DNA from: Polyangiaceae bacterium
GTDB lineage: Bacteria > Myxococcota_A > Polyangia > Polyangiales > Polyangiaceae
Direction of reading: 5' to 3'
Assembly (NCBI GenBank): GCA_044376115.1
Contig: JBILLK010000002.1
Span: 256,001 to 320,000 of the forward strand
DNA length: 64,000 nt
Shown: one piece after another, positions 1 through 11,313 of the stretch
Layout of the letters: each line of letters starts with the position of its first letter
Numbering within the stretch: position 1 is the stretch's first letter
Position numbers and translations under genes: made by a program
The notes under the pieces: model-generated
Told to the model about the DNA's origin: nothing
The model's input: the letters and a program-made list of their open reading frames with translations, nothing else
Databases searched by the model: none

Positions 1-29
1 GTGCATGACACAGAGGCTAGCCAATACCC

Positions 30-1832
30 ATGTCGACCGACCTTTCCAAGATTCGGAACTTCTCCATCATTGCTCACATCGACCACGGCAAGTCGACGCT
101 GGCCGATCGCATCCTGGACGCGACGGGCGCGCTCTCCGCGCGGGAGAAGCAGGAGCAGTTCCTCGACAAGATGGACATCGAGCGCGAGCGTGGCATCACG
201 ATCAAAGCGCAGACCGTCCGCCTGCGATACAAAGCGTCGGACGGAGAGACCTACACGCTCCACCTGATCGACACGCCAGGTCACGTCGACTTCGGTTACG
301 AAGTCTCACGTAGCCTTCAGGCGTGTGAGGGCGCGTTGCTGGTCGTGGACGCTGCCCAAGGGGTTGAAGCGCAGACGCTGGCCAACGTGTTTTTGGCGCT
401 CGACAACAACCTCGAGATCATCCCGGTCCTCAACAAGATCGATCTGCCGAGCGCAGACGTCGACGGCACCAAGCAACAGATCGAAGACGTGGTTGGTCTC
501 GACTGTAGCGAAGCCATCGCGGCGAGCGCGAAGACGGGCATCGGCATCGTCGATATCCTGGAGGCTGTCGTCAAGAAGGTGCCCCCGCCGAAGGGCAGCA
601 TCGACGGTCCCGTGCGCGCGCTGATCTTCGACAGCTGGTACGACAGCTATCGCGGTGCCGTCTGTATGGTGCGCGTCGTGGACGGCACGCTGCGCAAGGG
701 CCAGAAGGTCCGCTTCCTCGCCACGGGCCGGGACTACGAGATCACCGAGATGGGCGTTTTCTCGCCGCACCCGACTCCGCTGACCGAGATCGGTCCCGGG
801 GAGGTCGGCTTCATCGCGGGCAACATCAAGACGGTGCACGACACCAAGATCGGTGACACCGTTACCGACGCTGGCAAGCCCACCACCAACGCATTGCCCG
901 GCTTCAAAGACGTAAAGCCGATGGTCTTCGCCGGTATCTTCCCGACGGATTCTGCCCAATACGAAGACTTGCGCGACGCCTTGTCGAAGCTGCGTATGAA
1001 CGATGCGTCGTTCGCCTATGAGCCCGACACCTCCGAGGCGCTTGGCTTCGGCTTTCGCTGTGGCTTCCTTGGCCTCCTGCACATGGAGATCATACAGGAG
1101 CGGCTCGAGCGTGAGTACAACCTCGATCTCATCACCACCGCGCCCTCCGTCGTCTACCACGTGTACATGAAGGACGGCGAGATGCGCACCGTGGAGAACC
1201 CGGCCAAGTTGCCGGCGCTCGGTAGCTTCGAGCGCATCGAGGAGCCGATCTATCGGCTGACCATCCACGTCCCAGCAGGCCATGTCGGTGCCGTCCTCGC
1301 GCTCTGCCAAGAGCGTCGAGGCGAACAAAAGAGCATCACGTACGCGTCCGCCGATCGCGTGATCATCGCCTACGACATCCCGCTCGGTGAAGTGATCTTC
1401 GACTTCCACGACAAGTTGAAGAGCTGTTCGCGCGGCTACGCTTCGATGGACTACGAGCTCGTGGGCTATCGTCGGGATGATCTCGTGCGCGTCGACATGT
1501 TGGTAAACGGTGAGCCGCTCGACGCGCTCAGCACCATCGCCCACCGCGAGAAGGCCTTCACCCGAGGGCGCGACCTCGCCGAGAAGCTGAAGGAGCTGGT
1601 ACCGCGTCAGCAGTACGAAGTGGCCATTCAGGCCGCGATCGGCTCGAAGATCATCGCGCGAACGACGGTTCGCGCCATGCGCAAAGACGTCACCGCCAAG
1701 TGCTACGGCGGCGACATTTCGCGCAAGCGCAAGCTCCTCGAGAAGCAGAAAGAGGGCAAGAAGCGGATGAAGATGGTTGGTAGTGTGGAGATTCCGCAGG
1801 AAGCCTTCCTCGCCATTCTCAAGGTTGAGTAG
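30..1832 (+). CDS. lepA: Elongation factor 4 (LepA GTPase)
   Basis: [32 protein letters not shown] and C-terminal [31 protein letters not shown]; 600 aa. Confidence 0.98.
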   Translation: MSTDLSKIRNFSIIAHIDHGKSTLADRILDATGALSAREKQEQFLDKMDIERERGITIKAQTVRLRYKASDGETYTLHLIDTPGHVDFGYEVSRSLQACEGALLVVDAAQGVEAQTLANVFLALDNNLEIIPVLNKIDLPSADVDGTKQQIEDVVGLDCSEAIAASAKTGIGIVDILEAVVKKVPPPKGSIDGPVRALIFDSWYDSYRGAVCMVRVVDGTLRKGQKVRFLATGRDYEITEMGVFSPHPTPLTEIGPGEVGFIAGNIKTVHDTKIGDTVTDAGKPTTNALPGFKDVKPMVFAGIFPTDSAQYEDLRDALSKLRMNDASFAYEPDTSEALGFGFRCGFLGLLHMEIIQERLEREYNLDLITTAPSVVYHVYMKDGEMRTVENPAKLPALGSFERIEEPIYRLTIHVPAGHVGAVLALCQERRGEQKSITYASADRVIIAYDIPLGEVIFDFHDKLKSCSRGYASMDYELVGYRRDDLVRVDMLVNGEPLDALSTIAHREKAFTRGRDLAEKLKELVPRQQYEVAIQAAIGSKIIARTTVRAMRKDVTAKCYGGDISRKRKLLEKQKEGKKRMKMVGSVEIPQEAFLAILKVE

Positions 1833-3455
1833 ATGCCGGAGAAGGCCAGCGATTTCCTTCTGGCAAAGCTCGGCATCACCGCGCTGAGCTGGTTCGGTGC
1901 GTCGCTAGCCTACGCGGATCAGGTGCTCGTGCTTACCGGTGAGGTACAAACGGGTGGTGCCGACCACGTACTCGTGCCGTTTGAAGTTCCCGCCGGCACC
2001 CAAGAAATCCTGATCGAACACAGTGACCTCTCCGACGAGGACATCCTCGACTTTGGCCTGAACGATCCGAACGGGTTCAGAGGCTGGGGAGGTGGCAACA
2101 CCGAGCCCATCGTGGTCGCGGAGAAGGCCGCCTCACGAAGCTACCTTGCAGGGCCTATCGCGGCGGGGACCTGGAATCTCGTGATCGGTAAGGCCAAGCT
2201 CGTCGGTGGCGGGGCAAGTTACGAAGCAACCGTCACCTTGCGCGACGTTGCCACGCTTCCACCTCAACCCGAACGTGAGCCCTACCTCGATCCAGGCGTT
2301 CTGGCCGAGGGAGAAACTTGGTATGCGGGTGATTTTCACGTCCATTCTCGCGAGAGTGGGGACGCTCAACCGACCATCGCAGAAATTGCAGATTTCGCTC
2401 GCGAAAAAGGCTTGGATTTCGTCGAACTGTCCGAGCACAACACCACCTCGCAGCTCGACTTTCTGAACGAAATCCAAAGCCGTACGCCAGACCTGTTGTT
2501 CCTCCCGGGCGTTGAATTCACAACCTATGCCGGCCACGCGAACGGCATCGGGGCAACGGCCTTCGTCGATCACAAGATCGGCCTGACGCTTCCGGGCAGG
2601 GGCGAGATCACGATTGGCGGCGCCTTCGACGCCTTTCATGAGATGGGCGCCCTGGTTTCGATCAACCACCCCGCCTTCGAACTGGGGGACGCGTGCATCG
2701 GCTGCGCCTGGGCGCACGAAACGGGGGAGCGAAAGATCGATGCTGTAGAGCTGGCGACGGCTGCAACAGCAACGCTGTTTCTCGACCAGTCGCTCGCTTT
2801 CTACGAGGCGCTCGCAGACTCTGGCCAGCGCCCAGCCGCGCTCGGTGGCAGCGACGATCACCGCGCCGGCGTCGATGAGCCAGCTTTCAACTCTGCGCTC
2901 GGATCTCCAACCACCATGGTGCGCGCTTCTGAACTTTCGGTGGCCGGTATCCTCGAAGGGGTGCGACGTGGCAACACCGTGGTGAAGGTGCGCGGCCCGC
3001 AAGACCCGATGGTCGAGTTCGAGAAGACGTTGGTGGAGGCTGGTGCGCTGGTTGAGGCGCACATCGAAGGTGGGGCTGGGATGCAGGCCCGCTTCGTCGT
3101 CGACGGGGTGCCGCAAGCCTTCGTGCCGCTTAGCGAGAGCCAGACGACGCTCGCGTTCGAGGTGAAGGTGGACCCGCAGCGTGCACGACGCCTTCGGGTT
3201 GAAGTTTGGGAGTCGAGCGTGATCGTCACGCTTACGAGCTTCATCTTTGTCGAGACCGACGACCTGTTGGCTCCCGGCGGAGCGAACGCAGATTCGGTTG
3301 AACCGCGTGGTGGAGGCTGCTCTGTGGCTGACGACGGGCGGACCAACGGCGCGTGGTTCATGCTGCTTTTAGGGGTCATTCTGACCCCGCTGGCAGGGCT
3401 AGCTTTACGTGCTCAATCATCCGCCTCGCGCGGAAAATCTCGGAGGAGCAGTTGA
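1833..3455 (+). CDS. Secreted PHP-type (CehA/McbA-like) metallohydrolase with MYXO-CTERM-like anchor
   Basis: Signal peptide; GDFHVHSRES, SEHN, GVEFT..GHAN, NHP, GGSDDH PHP motifs; C-terminal GGGCSVA + hydrophobic helix + basic tail; ATG directly follows lepA stop. Confidence 0.8.
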   Translation: MPEKASDFLLAKLGITALSWFGASLAYADQVLVLTGEVQTGGADHVLVPFEVPAGTQEILIEHSDLSDEDILDFGLNDPNGFRGWGGGNTEPIVVAEKAASRSYLAGPIAAGTWNLVIGKAKLVGGGASYEATVTLRDVATLPPQPEREPYLDPGVLAEGETWYAGDFHVHSRESGDAQPTIAEIADFAREKGLDFVELSEHNTTSQLDFLNEIQSRTPDLLFLPGVEFTTYAGHANGIGATAFVDHKIGLTLPGRGEITIGGAFDAFHEMGALVSINHPAFELGDACIGCAWAHETGERKIDAVELATAATATLFLDQSLAFYEALADSGQRPAALGGSDDHRAGVDEPAFNSALGSPTTMVRASELSVAGILEGVRRGNTVVKVRGPQDPMVEFEKTLVEAGALVEAHIEGGAGMQARFVVDGVPQAFVPLSESQTTLAFEVKVDPQRARRLRVEVWESSVIVTLTSFIFVETDDLLAPGGANADSVEPRGGGCSVADDGRTNGAWFMLLLGVILTPLAGLALRAQSSASRGKSRRSS

Positions 3456-3469
3456 CACAAGACTCGCAG

Positions 3470-4858
3470 ATGGAACGTGAGCCGATGGCCTCGTTGGTCG
3501 ATTCGGTCAATCGAGGGCGCGACCCAAACCGCCACTTTCGCTATGTCGGGAAAGAGCTATTCGGACCCGGTGCCGAGATTCATCGCTTCGGTTTGGCCAA
3601 CGGCTTGACCTTGCTCTGTGAGATCGACGCGAGCGCGCCCGTCGTGTCACTCCAAACCTGGATGCGTGTTGGGTCTCGCCTGGAGAAACCAGGCAAGACG
3701 GGCATCTGCCATCTGTTCGAGCACTTGATGTTCGGCGAGACCGAGGAACGACCGCACGGCGCCTTCGACCGTTTGCTCGAGGAAGCCGGGGCAGACAACA
3801 ACGCGGCGACGTTCGTGGATTGGACGTACTACCACCAGAACCTGCCGAAGGACGCGCTCGGCCTGGGCCTTTCGCTTGAAGCATCACGGCTCGACAAGCT
3901 GGTCTTGCGCAAGCCGCAGGTCGAAAGTGAGAAGGAAGTGGTCGCCAACGAACGACGCCAGCGAGTGGACGATTCGATCGACGGGCTGATGAACGAGGAG
4001 CTGTTCAAAGCCGCCTTCAAGGTCCACGGCTATGGCATCCCCACGATTGGCTTCATGGAGGACATTCAGGGTTTCACCGAGGAGGATTGCACCGCCTTCT
4101 ACAAGACCTACTACGCACCCAACAACGCCACGCTGGTGCTGGTGGGGGACTTTGAGCTCGAGAGCACGCTGGGCATGGTGGCGGACACGTTCGGTCTCCT
4201 CGCTGCAAGTGAGCTGCCACCGGAGGAAGATCGCAGCGAGCCTGCACAAACAGAAGAGCGGCGGGTCGTGCTCGAGAAGCCGACCGAAACGTTCAAAGTT
4301 GCGATCGGCTACAAGTGCCCGCCGATCGCCCATCCCGATCATTCGGTGCTGGTCGTAGCCAATGAGGTCTTGTTTGGTGGCCGTGCGGGTCGCGTTCACA
4401 AGCAGCTTGTGAAGCAACTGGAGATCGCGACGGAGGTGCAGGGGCACGCGGGCTTCTTTCGCGATCCGGGGCTTTACGAAATCAGCATTTCGGGCCGCGA
4501 CGACGTGACTGCGGAGGCGCTCACGGCAGCGCTCGATGCAGTGCTCGAGCAGTTTGTCGCTGAGCCTGTATCGGAGAAGGAGCTCGAGCGAGCGAAGGCT
4601 CGGCTGGAGCTTGAGACGGTACAGAGCCTCGAGACGGTCTCGGGTCGAGCGGAGACGATGGGGTTCTACGAGACGCTGCTCGGCGATCCAACGGCGCTAT
4701 TCGGTCGACTCGACGCTTACCGCAAGGTGACTGCCGCCGACGTCCAACGCGTCGCGGGCGCAGTTCTCGTGAGCAGCGGACGAACGATCGTCGAGGTGCA
4801 TCCGGATGGATCGGAGCCCGAAGAAGAAGGCGAAGAAGAGGACGAGGACGAGTCATGA
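3470..4858 (+). CDS. M16 family zinc peptidase, catalytic subunit
   Basis: Inverted zinc motif HLFEH, NAATFVDWTYY, EKEVVANERRQR, YYAPNNATLVLVGD; start re-picked at ATG 3470 (or 3485). Confidence 0.9.
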   Translation: MEREPMASLVDSVNRGRDPNRHFRYVGKELFGPGAEIHRFGLANGLTLLCEIDASAPVVSLQTWMRVGSRLEKPGKTGICHLFEHLMFGETEERPHGAFDRLLEEAGADNNAATFVDWTYYHQNLPKDALGLGLSLEASRLDKLVLRKPQVESEKEVVANERRQRVDDSIDGLMNEELFKAAFKVHGYGIPTIGFMEDIQGFTEEDCTAFYKTYYAPNNATLVLVGDFELESTLGMVADTFGLLAASELPPEEDRSEPAQTEERRVVLEKPTETFKVAIGYKCPPIAHPDHSVLVVANEVLFGGRAGRVHKQLVKQLEIATEVQGHAGFFRDPGLYEISISGRDDVTAEALTAALDAVLEQFVAEPVSEKELERAKARLELETVQSLETVSGRAETMGFYETLLGDPTALFGRLDAYRKVTAADVQRVAGAVLVSSGRTIVEVHPDGSEPEEEGEEEDEDES

Positions 4859-6147
4859 AGGTTTTCGTCGAAGCGAGCCCCAAGGTTCCGATCGTATCGA
4901 TGGCGATTGCGTTCCAATCGGGGTCTACCCACGATCCGGTCGGCAAGGAGGGGCTGTCCCGCGCCACCGCCCGCATGCTCCGACGCGGCTGCGAGGGACT
5001 GAGCGCGGATGAGATTGAAGAGGAGGTCGATGCCCTCGGGGGCGAATTTGGGTGTGATGCCTCTACCAGCGCGACCAGCGCTCACGCCGAGGTCATCAGC
5101 CGAAATCTCGACCCGTTCGTGGAGCTCATCTCACGCGTCCTCGGCAAGCCAAGCTTCGACGAAGAGGAGTCAGCGCGCTTCTTTCGTGAGGCCAAAGCCG
5201 AGATCGTCGAGAGCCGCGACAACGATCGCGTGTTGGCCAGCCGCTCGTTCCGCCGGACTTTGTTCGAGGGACATCCGTACGCTCGTCGCGTCGCCGGAAC
5301 GATGCAGACGTTGGAGGTGCTTCGTCCGAGTGATATGCGCGCTCACTTCGAACAGCACATGACGCGCCAGAACGCCGTCGTAGCGATCAGCGGGGACGTG
5401 ACCGACAAGGTGGCCCATGAAATTGCTGAGCGCGCTCTATCGAAGCTGCCGGAGGGTAAGCGTGTGGTCGATGTGGTGCCGGAGCCAGCTCCCTCGCCAG
5501 GTCGACGTTTGGTGCTCGTGGACAAGCCGGATCGCACGCAAACACAGATGGTGGTGGGCTGGTTGGGGACCCATCCCTCGGATCAGGATCACTTCGCGTG
5601 GATCGTAGGGAACACGACGTTTGGTGGCACCTTCACCTCCCGTCTGATGCAGGAGATCCGCGCAAAACGCGGTTGGTCCTATGGCGCCAACTCTCGGGTC
5701 GGCTTTGACCGCCATCGAGATGCTTTCGTGATTTGGAGCGCGCCGTCGCGCGCTGATGCTCCGGCCTGTCTCGAGCTCGAGCTCGAACTCTTGGAGGTGC
5801 TCCGTCGCGATGGGCTCACTTCGGAGGAGCTTACCTTCACGAAGAACTACCTGGCTCGCTCGCACGCCTTCGAGATTGATACAGCCCGCAAGCGGGTGCA
5901 CCAGCGCCTCGAAGAAGCGCTGTACGACCTGCCCGAGGGCTATCACTCGACCTATCTAGAGCGGCTTGCGAAGCTTGAACTCGATGAGGTCAACCAGGCT
6001 TTGGCCAAGCGCACACCATTCGAGGATTTGGTGGTCGCCGTGGTTGCGACGGATGCTGACTCAGGCGCCGCGCTCGAGACGGCACTGGGACGCTCATCGC
6101 CGAGCCAAGTGCCGCCGCGAACTGTGTTTGCCCAAGACTTCGAGTAG
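4855..6147 (+). CDS. M16 family peptidase, non-catalytic partner subunit
   Basis: GSTHDPVGKEGL, HPYA, GGTFTSRLMQEIRAKRGWSY (R/Y pair) but no HxxEH; ATGA overlap with upstream M16 gene. Confidence 0.85.
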   Translation: MKVFVEASPKVPIVSMAIAFQSGSTHDPVGKEGLSRATARMLRRGCEGLSADEIEEEVDALGGEFGCDASTSATSAHAEVISRNLDPFVELISRVLGKPSFDEEESARFFREAKAEIVESRDNDRVLASRSFRRTLFEGHPYARRVAGTMQTLEVLRPSDMRAHFEQHMTRQNAVVAISGDVTDKVAHEIAERALSKLPEGKRVVDVVPEPAPSPGRRLVLVDKPDRTQTQMVVGWLGTHPSDQDHFAWIVGNTTFGGTFTSRLMQEIRAKRGWSYGANSRVGFDRHRDAFVIWSAPSRADAPACLELELELLEVLRRDGLTSEELTFTKNYLARSHAFEIDTARKRVHQRLEEALYDLPEGYHSTYLERLAKLELDEVNQALAKRTPFEDLVVAVVATDADSGAALETALGRSSPSQVPPRTVFAQDFE

Positions 6148-6157
6148 ACCGTGAGCT

Positions 6158-7384
6158 TCAGCGCTCGCTTGCCGCGCCATCAGCGCACGGCAGGCGAGCG
6201 ACGAAGCATGCGCCATCGCTCGCGGGTTCATAGAGCAGCGACCCACCTTGGTTTTCGATCAAGGTGCGTGCGGTGCAAAGCCCCAAGCCAAGGCCCAAGG
6301 TCTTGTCTGTAACGAGCGGCTCGAACAGGTGTGAAACCATCCCCGGCGCCACACCAGCGCCTGAGTCGATCACGCGAATGCTGACGAAGTGGTCCTGCGG
6401 CGTGTCAGTTTCAAAGCGAATGACGTTGCGCTTGCCCTGGTCGCGCACCGACTCGATCGATTCGACTGCGTTGCGCAGTAGATTGCCGAGTGCATCGCGC
6501 GTCTGACGCGGGTCCACGCGAATCAAACACTCCCGTGCAACGTTCCACTCGAGTTTGAGCGGCTCGGGGATGTGGACGTTGGCGACCACCGAGTCGAGCA
6601 GGTCACCCACGCTGATCTCCATAAAGGTCGCTTCGCGAACCCGTGCGAAGTCGATCAGATCCGAGATGATGCGATCGGCCTCGCGGACCTCTTCCGCCAT
6701 GGAGAAGAGCGCTCGCTTGAGGTCGGGATCCTTGGATACATCCACTCGCTGACGAATGATCGCCGCGGCGTTGGAAATGACCGAGAGCGGGTGGCGAATT
6801 TGATGGGCGAGGCCGCCCGCAAGTTGTCCGAGAACCACCAGCCGTTCCCGACGCAAAAGTGCGTTCTGCACCTCGCGCAGATCCCGCGTTCGCTCGAAAA
6901 CGCGTTGCTCGAGCTCTTGATTAGCGAGTCGCAGCGCTTCTTCCACGTGCTTACGGCGCGTGATGTCGTGGATGATCCCGACGATGTGAGTAACAGCGCC
7001 CGCTGCATCGAACACGGGCGCCTTGGTGGTTGCGAGGATGTGCGTTTCGCCTGTGGCGTCGGACATCGGCTCCTCCTCGATCACGACCACTCGTCCCGTC
7101 GCGAACACCTCGCGGTCCTTCTCGTGGAAGAAGTCGGCCTGATGCGCCGGGAAGAAGTCGTGGTCCGTCTTGCCGAGGGTCTCGCTGCGCGGAAAGCCGA
7201 TCAACGCATCAAAGGCCGAGTTGCACCAAACCCATTGGTGCCCGCGGTCTTTGACGAATATCGGCTGGGCCACATTCTCCACGACGACCTTCAGGAAGGT
7301 CAGCTCGCTCGCCCCAAGTCCTGCCGGCAAAGGTGAGTTCGGCGGCAGCTCGCGGGCGCTGCTGCGTGACTTAGGCTTCGTCAT
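6158..7384 (-). CDS. PAS-domain sensor histidine kinase
   Basis: PAS (PIFVKDR..GKTDHDFFP..DITRRK), H-box LAHQIRHPL, N-box NLLRNA, DSGAG, GLGLGL. Confidence 0.9.
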   Translation of the reverse strand: MTKPKSRSSARELPPNSPLPAGLGASELTFLKVVVENVAQPIFVKDRGHQWVWCNSAFDALIGFPRSETLGKTDHDFFPAHQADFFHEKDREVFATGRVVVIEEEPMSDATGETHILATTKAPVFDAAGAVTHIVGIIHDITRRKHVEEALRLANQELEQRVFERTRDLREVQNALLRRERLVVLGQLAGGLAHQIRHPLSVISNAAAIIRQRVDVSKDPDLKRALFSMAEEVREADRIISDLIDFARVREATFMEISVGDLLDSVVANVHIPEPLKLEWNVARECLIRVDPRQTRDALGNLLRNAVESIESVRDQGKRNVIRFETDTPQDHFVSIRVIDSGAGVAPGMVSHLFEPLVTDKTLGLGLGLCTARTLIENQGGSLLYEPASDGACFVARLPCADGAASER

Positions 7385-7419
7385 GGCGTTGTTTGCGAAA
7401 AGGCGGCCTCAGCAATGGT

Positions 7420-8853
7420 CTATTTCTTTGCAGGCCCAAGCCAGTCGGTGTGGATTGCCCCGGCAGGGTTACCGTCGGTGCGTTCGTAGGTATGAGCACC
7501 GAAGGCGTCTCGCTGTGCCTGCGTGAGGTTCTGCGGCAGCCGCGCCGTTCGGTACGAATCGAAGTAGGCGAGACTTGCCGTCATCGAGGGGAGGGGAATA
7601 CCAAGCGATACAGCGCGCCCGATCGTCCGCCGCCAGCCAGGCTGGGCTTGATAGACGGCGTTCTCGAGTTCGGGATCCGAAAGGATGCTCTCGAGATCGG
7701 GAGCCTTCTCGAACGCGCGCATGATCGTGTCGAGCAGGACCGCGCGAATGATGCAACCGCCCTTCCAGATTCGAGCCATCTCGCGAAGGTTGATGCCCCA
7801 ATTGTGGACGCGACTAGCCTCCGCGATCAACTTGAGCCCTTGAGCGTAGGAGCCGATCTTTGCGGCGAGCAGAGCCGACTCGAGATCGGCGATGACGTCC
7901 GCGGCCTCGCCGGTGATCGAGGCTTCAACGTTCTTGCGGATACGCGACTCGGCTCGCGTGCGCTCCTCTTTCATGCTGGAGAGCACACGCGCGTCGATCG
8001 ACGCCGCGATCGTCGGGATGGGCACGGCGAGTTCGAGCGCTACCGTCGCCGTCCACTTCCCGGTGCCTTTCTGGCCCGCCTTATCGAGCACACGGTCGAC
8101 CAAGGGGCCGCCGGAGATCGGGTCGGTCACGGCGAGCACTTGCGACGTGATTTCGATCAGGAACGAGGCGAGCGGACCTTGATTCCAGCGCGCAAAGATC
8201 TCGCCGATGGCGGGCGCTGAAAGTCCGAGCCCACGCGACAGGATGTCGTAGGCCTCAGCGATCAGCTGCATATCGCCGTACTCGATGCCGTTGTGCACCA
8301 TCTTGACGAAGTGCCCCGCACCGTCAGGGCCTACGTGCGTGACACAAGGACCCGAGTCTGTGCGCGCTGCGATGGCTTCAAAAACCGGCCGGGTCGCCTC
8401 CCAGGCGGCGAGGTGACCACCGGGCATCAAGGAAGGCCCAAAGCGCGCTCCCTCCTCACCACCGGAGATGCCCATGCCGACGAAATGAATGCCTTTGGCC
8501 GAGAGTTCCTTCTCGCGCCGTTGCGTCTCGGGGAAGTAGGTATTGCCGCCATCGATCACCACGTCCCCTTGATCGAGGAGCGGCACCAACTCCGAGAGCA
8601 CCGCGTCGACAGGGGCGCCCGCTTTGACCATCACAAGGATGCGGCGAGGCTTTGCGATGGCGCCGACGAAGTCTTTGAGCGTCGTGTGGGGCACGAGCTT
8701 GTGATTCGGGTTCTCACGTACGACGGCTTCCGTTACCGCGCCGCTGCGGTTGTAGACGGCGACGCGATAATCGTGATCCGCGATGTTGAGCGCGAGATTC
8801 TTGCCCATGACGGCGAGCCCAATGACGCCAACGTCTGCTGTAACAGTGCTCAT
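7420..8853 (-). CDS. gndA: NADP-dependent 6-phosphogluconate dehydrogenase
   Basis: GLAVMGKNLALN, SGGEEGAR, VKMVHNGIEYGDMQLIAE, QAQRDAFGAHTYER. Confidence 0.97.
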   Translation of the reverse strand: MSTVTADVGVIGLAVMGKNLALNIADHDYRVAVYNRSGAVTEAVVRENPNHKLVPHTTLKDFVGAIAKPRRILVMVKAGAPVDAVLSELVPLLDQGDVVIDGGNTYFPETQRREKELSAKGIHFVGMGISGGEEGARFGPSLMPGGHLAAWEATRPVFEAIAARTDSGPCVTHVGPDGAGHFVKMVHNGIEYGDMQLIAEAYDILSRGLGLSAPAIGEIFARWNQGPLASFLIEITSQVLAVTDPISGGPLVDRVLDKAGQKGTGKWTATVALELAVPIPTIAASIDARVLSSMKEERTRAESRIRKNVEASITGEAADVIADLESALLAAKIGSYAQGLKLIAEASRVHNWGINLREMARIWKGGCIIRAVLLDTIMRAFEKAPDLESILSDPELENAVYQAQPGWRRTIGRAVSLGIPLPSMTASLAYFDSYRTARLPQNLTQAQRDAFGAHTYERTDGNPAGAIHTDWLGPAKK

Positions 8854-8899
8854 CTGAATCCTTGGTTAGTGCGAGGTGTGTCGATCAAGATCGGGTGCG

Positions 8900-9598
8900 C
8901 TACCGCTCGGAGCTGACCTTCGCCAGCGCGGCTGTATCCGCAAAGAGAGTGACGCGGGTGGTTCGTTGAATAGGCAGCTCTTCAGCTGCGCTGCTGAGCG
9001 CCTTCGCCAGGACCTCGGCTTTGCCCGCGCCCGTTACGAACAAGAAGGTCTGCTTCGCCTCGGCGAGGACCCGCGGAGTGATCGTGATTCGATGGGGAGG
9101 GGGCTTCGGTCCAACGACCGAGAGAGCGCGCGTCGACCGCTCGTTCAAACTGGATGCTCCTGGAAAAAGAGAGGCGGTATGCCCGTCTTCCCCCATTCCC
9201 AGCAGCAGCAAGTCAAGCTGCGGAGGCAGCAAAGCGGAGTAGCGCGCGGCTTCCGCAGCAAGGTCCTCGGCGTCGCCGCGGATCACAAAGATGTTCTCCG
9301 CTGGGACCGCAGCAGGGATGAGCAGCGTTTCGTCGGCGAGGCCCGCGTTCGAATCTGGCGAGCTACGCGCCACGGCTCGCTCGTCGCCGAAGAAGAAGTG
9401 AACGCGCGACCAAGGCAGCGCCGCCTTCGCGAGTTCAACGTAGACCGCACGCGGCGTCGTTCCGCCGGCCAAGCATAGGGAGGCGGTCTGTTGCTGCGCG
9501 AGAACCTGCTCGAGCGCCTCCACGATGGCTTTGGCGCCCGCCCGAGCCACCGCCGGTGGGTCGCTTTGCTCGATGATCGTTGCGGTCCAGCGCGTCAC
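8900..9598 (-). CDS. pgl: 6-phosphogluconolactonase
   Basis: LAGGTTP, FFGDER, SN, LLGMGEDGHTASLFP, PKPPPHRIT; start re-picked at GTG 9598 just after the zwf stop. Confidence 0.93.
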   Translation of the reverse strand: MTRWTATIIEQSDPPAVARAGAKAIVEALEQVLAQQQTASLCLAGGTTPRAVYVELAKAALPWSRVHFFFGDERAVARSSPDSNAGLADETLLIPAAVPAENIFVIRGDAEDLAAEAARYSALLPPQLDLLLLGMGEDGHTASLFPGASSLNERSTRALSVVGPKPPPHRITITPRVLAEAKQTFLFVTGAGKAEVLAKALSSAAEELPIQRTTRVTLFADTAALAKVSSER

Positions 9599-9602
9599 GA
9601 GG

Positions 9603-11216
9603 TCAGCCCGGTTTCGGCGCGTTCGCGTTGGGAGGAACGCTGTTGCCCGACTTGTCGGGGGTGTCGAGTGGGCGCCAATGATGCCGCGTTGCGTGCAGTA
9701 GCTCGTCGGCTGCCTTTGGACCGGCCGACCCGGGGGCGTAGCTATGCAGCGGGATTGAATCGTCGTCGCGCCAGGCGTCAAGGATCGGCGTGCACAGACT
9801 CCACGCCTCTTCGACCCCATCCCTCCGTGCGAACAGCGTTTGGTCGCCGCGCATGCAATCAAGGATCAGCCGCTCATAGGCTTCGGGCGGCTGACGATCG
9901 AAGGCGCGGGCGTAGCTGAAGTCCATCTTCACGGTCGACACGAACAAATCATCCCCAGGCTGCTTGGCCATGAAGGAGAACTCAATCCCTTCATCGGGCT
10001 GGATGCGCAGCGTGAGCACGTTCTGTTCGAGCCGCTGACAGACCTCGTCGCGCCCGAACAGACACAGCGGCACGCGGCGGAAATGGATGGCGACCTCGGT
10101 CACGCGCTTGTTGAGCTTCTTTCCGGCCCGCACATAGAACGGCACCCCGTGCCATCGCCAGTTGTCGATCATGAAACGACAGGCGACGTAGGTCGGTGTC
10201 TTCGAGTCCTTCGCGATGTTGGGCTCATCGTGGAAGCCCTCGTACTGAGCGCGCACCACCTCGGTCGCTACCTCGCTCGGGTGGATCGGCCGGACGGAGC
10301 GAAGGAGCTGGGCTTTCTGATTACGGATCTCATCGGCCTTGAACGACACGGGTGGCTCCATGGCAGCCAGCGCCAGGATCTCCAGCAGGTGGTTCTGGAT
10401 CACGTCACGCAGCGCGCCCGTCTCGTCGTAGAACTTCCCTCGGCCTTCCATCCCAAGTTCTTCGGCTGCGGTGATCTGCACGTGGTCCACGTGGTTGCGG
10501 TTCCACAGCGGCTCGAACAGCGAGTTGGCGAAGCGCAGGACCAGGATGTTCTGCACCGTCTCTTTGCCGAGATAGTGGTCGATGCGATAGAGCTGGTCCT
10601 CGTCAACGAAGTCCGACGCCATGTTGTTGAGGCGGCGCGCCGAGGGAAGATCGCTGCCGAACGGCTTCTCGATCATCACGCGCGCAAACGGCGGATTGGC
10701 CTCTCCAGCAGCCCGACGTTCACTCGACTTCTTGAGCAGGCCGTTCTCTTTGAGGCCGGACAGGATGCCCTCGAAGGAGGACGGTGGCGTTGAGAAGAAG
10801 AAGATGCGGTTGCCTTGCGTGCCGCGCTCGCGGTCGAGAGACTCGAGCTTCTCGAGCAGGCGTTTGTAGGTCTCGGGAGTCGTGTGATCCCCAAGCACAT
10901 AGTGAATGTGCTCTGACAGCTGCTCCCAGACTTGGGCGTCGACCGGCTTGGTTCGTGAGAACTTCGCCGTCGCCTCCTGGTGGACCTTACGAAAGGCTTG
11001 CTCATCGGCGGCACTCCGTCCGACGCCAACCACCTCGAACCCCTCGGGTAGCCAGCCCTCTTTGGCGATGTTGTAGAGCGCCGGCAGCAGCTTGCGTTTG
11101 GCTAAGTCCCCCGTTGCGCCAAAGATGACGAGCGCACACGGCTTGACCGTGCGCACCTTTTGGATCGCCTCACCCGGTACGGTCTCCGTCTCAATGACGG
11201 TTGTCGAGATCCCCAT
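9603..11216 (-). CDS. zwf: Glucose-6-phosphate 1-dehydrogenase
   Basis: [46 protein letters not shown]. Confidence 0.97.
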   Translation of the reverse strand: MGISTTVIETETVPGEAIQKVRTVKPCALVIFGATGDLAKRKLLPALYNIAKEGWLPEGFEVVGVGRSAADEQAFRKVHQEATAKFSRTKPVDAQVWEQLSEHIHYVLGDHTTPETYKRLLEKLESLDRERGTQGNRIFFFSTPPSSFEGILSGLKENGLLKKSSERRAAGEANPPFARVMIEKPFGSDLPSARRLNNMASDFVDEDQLYRIDHYLGKETVQNILVLRFANSLFEPLWNRNHVDHVQITAAEELGMEGRGKFYDETGALRDVIQNHLLEILALAAMEPPVSFKADEIRNQKAQLLRSVRPIHPSEVATEVVRAQYEGFHDEPNIAKDSKTPTYVACRFMIDNWRWHGVPFYVRAGKKLNKRVTEVAIHFRRVPLCLFGRDEVCQRLEQNVLTLRIQPDEGIEFSFMAKQPGDDLFVSTVKMDFSYARAFDRQPPEAYERLILDCMRGDQTLFARRDGVEEAWSLCTPILDAWRDDDSIPLHSYAPGSAGPKAADELLHATRHHWRPLDTPDKSGNSVPPNANAPKPG

Positions 11217-11313
11217 TCACCTTCTCCGTTCGCCCCAAGTCCCGCCCGCGAAAGTAGAGGCAGGTGAGGGAAACCACAATGCGAACCTTGTGCCCGCGCC
11301 GACTTCGTCTCGG

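Noticed and set aside
306..1544. Long antisense ORFs over real genes (also 9840-10793, 24913-26079, 47312-48379, 57735-58859 and others)
   Set aside because: Expected shadow ORFs from high-GC codon bias; no recognisable motifs and they fully overlap well-supported genes
6790..6812. Atypical H-box HQIRHP in the PAS kinase as a pseudokinase
   Set aside because: The phospho-His and ATP-binding boxes are intact; the variation alone is too weak to call
7420..11216. zwf-pgl-gnd cluster as a novelty
   Set aside because: Ordinary oxidative pentose phosphate operon
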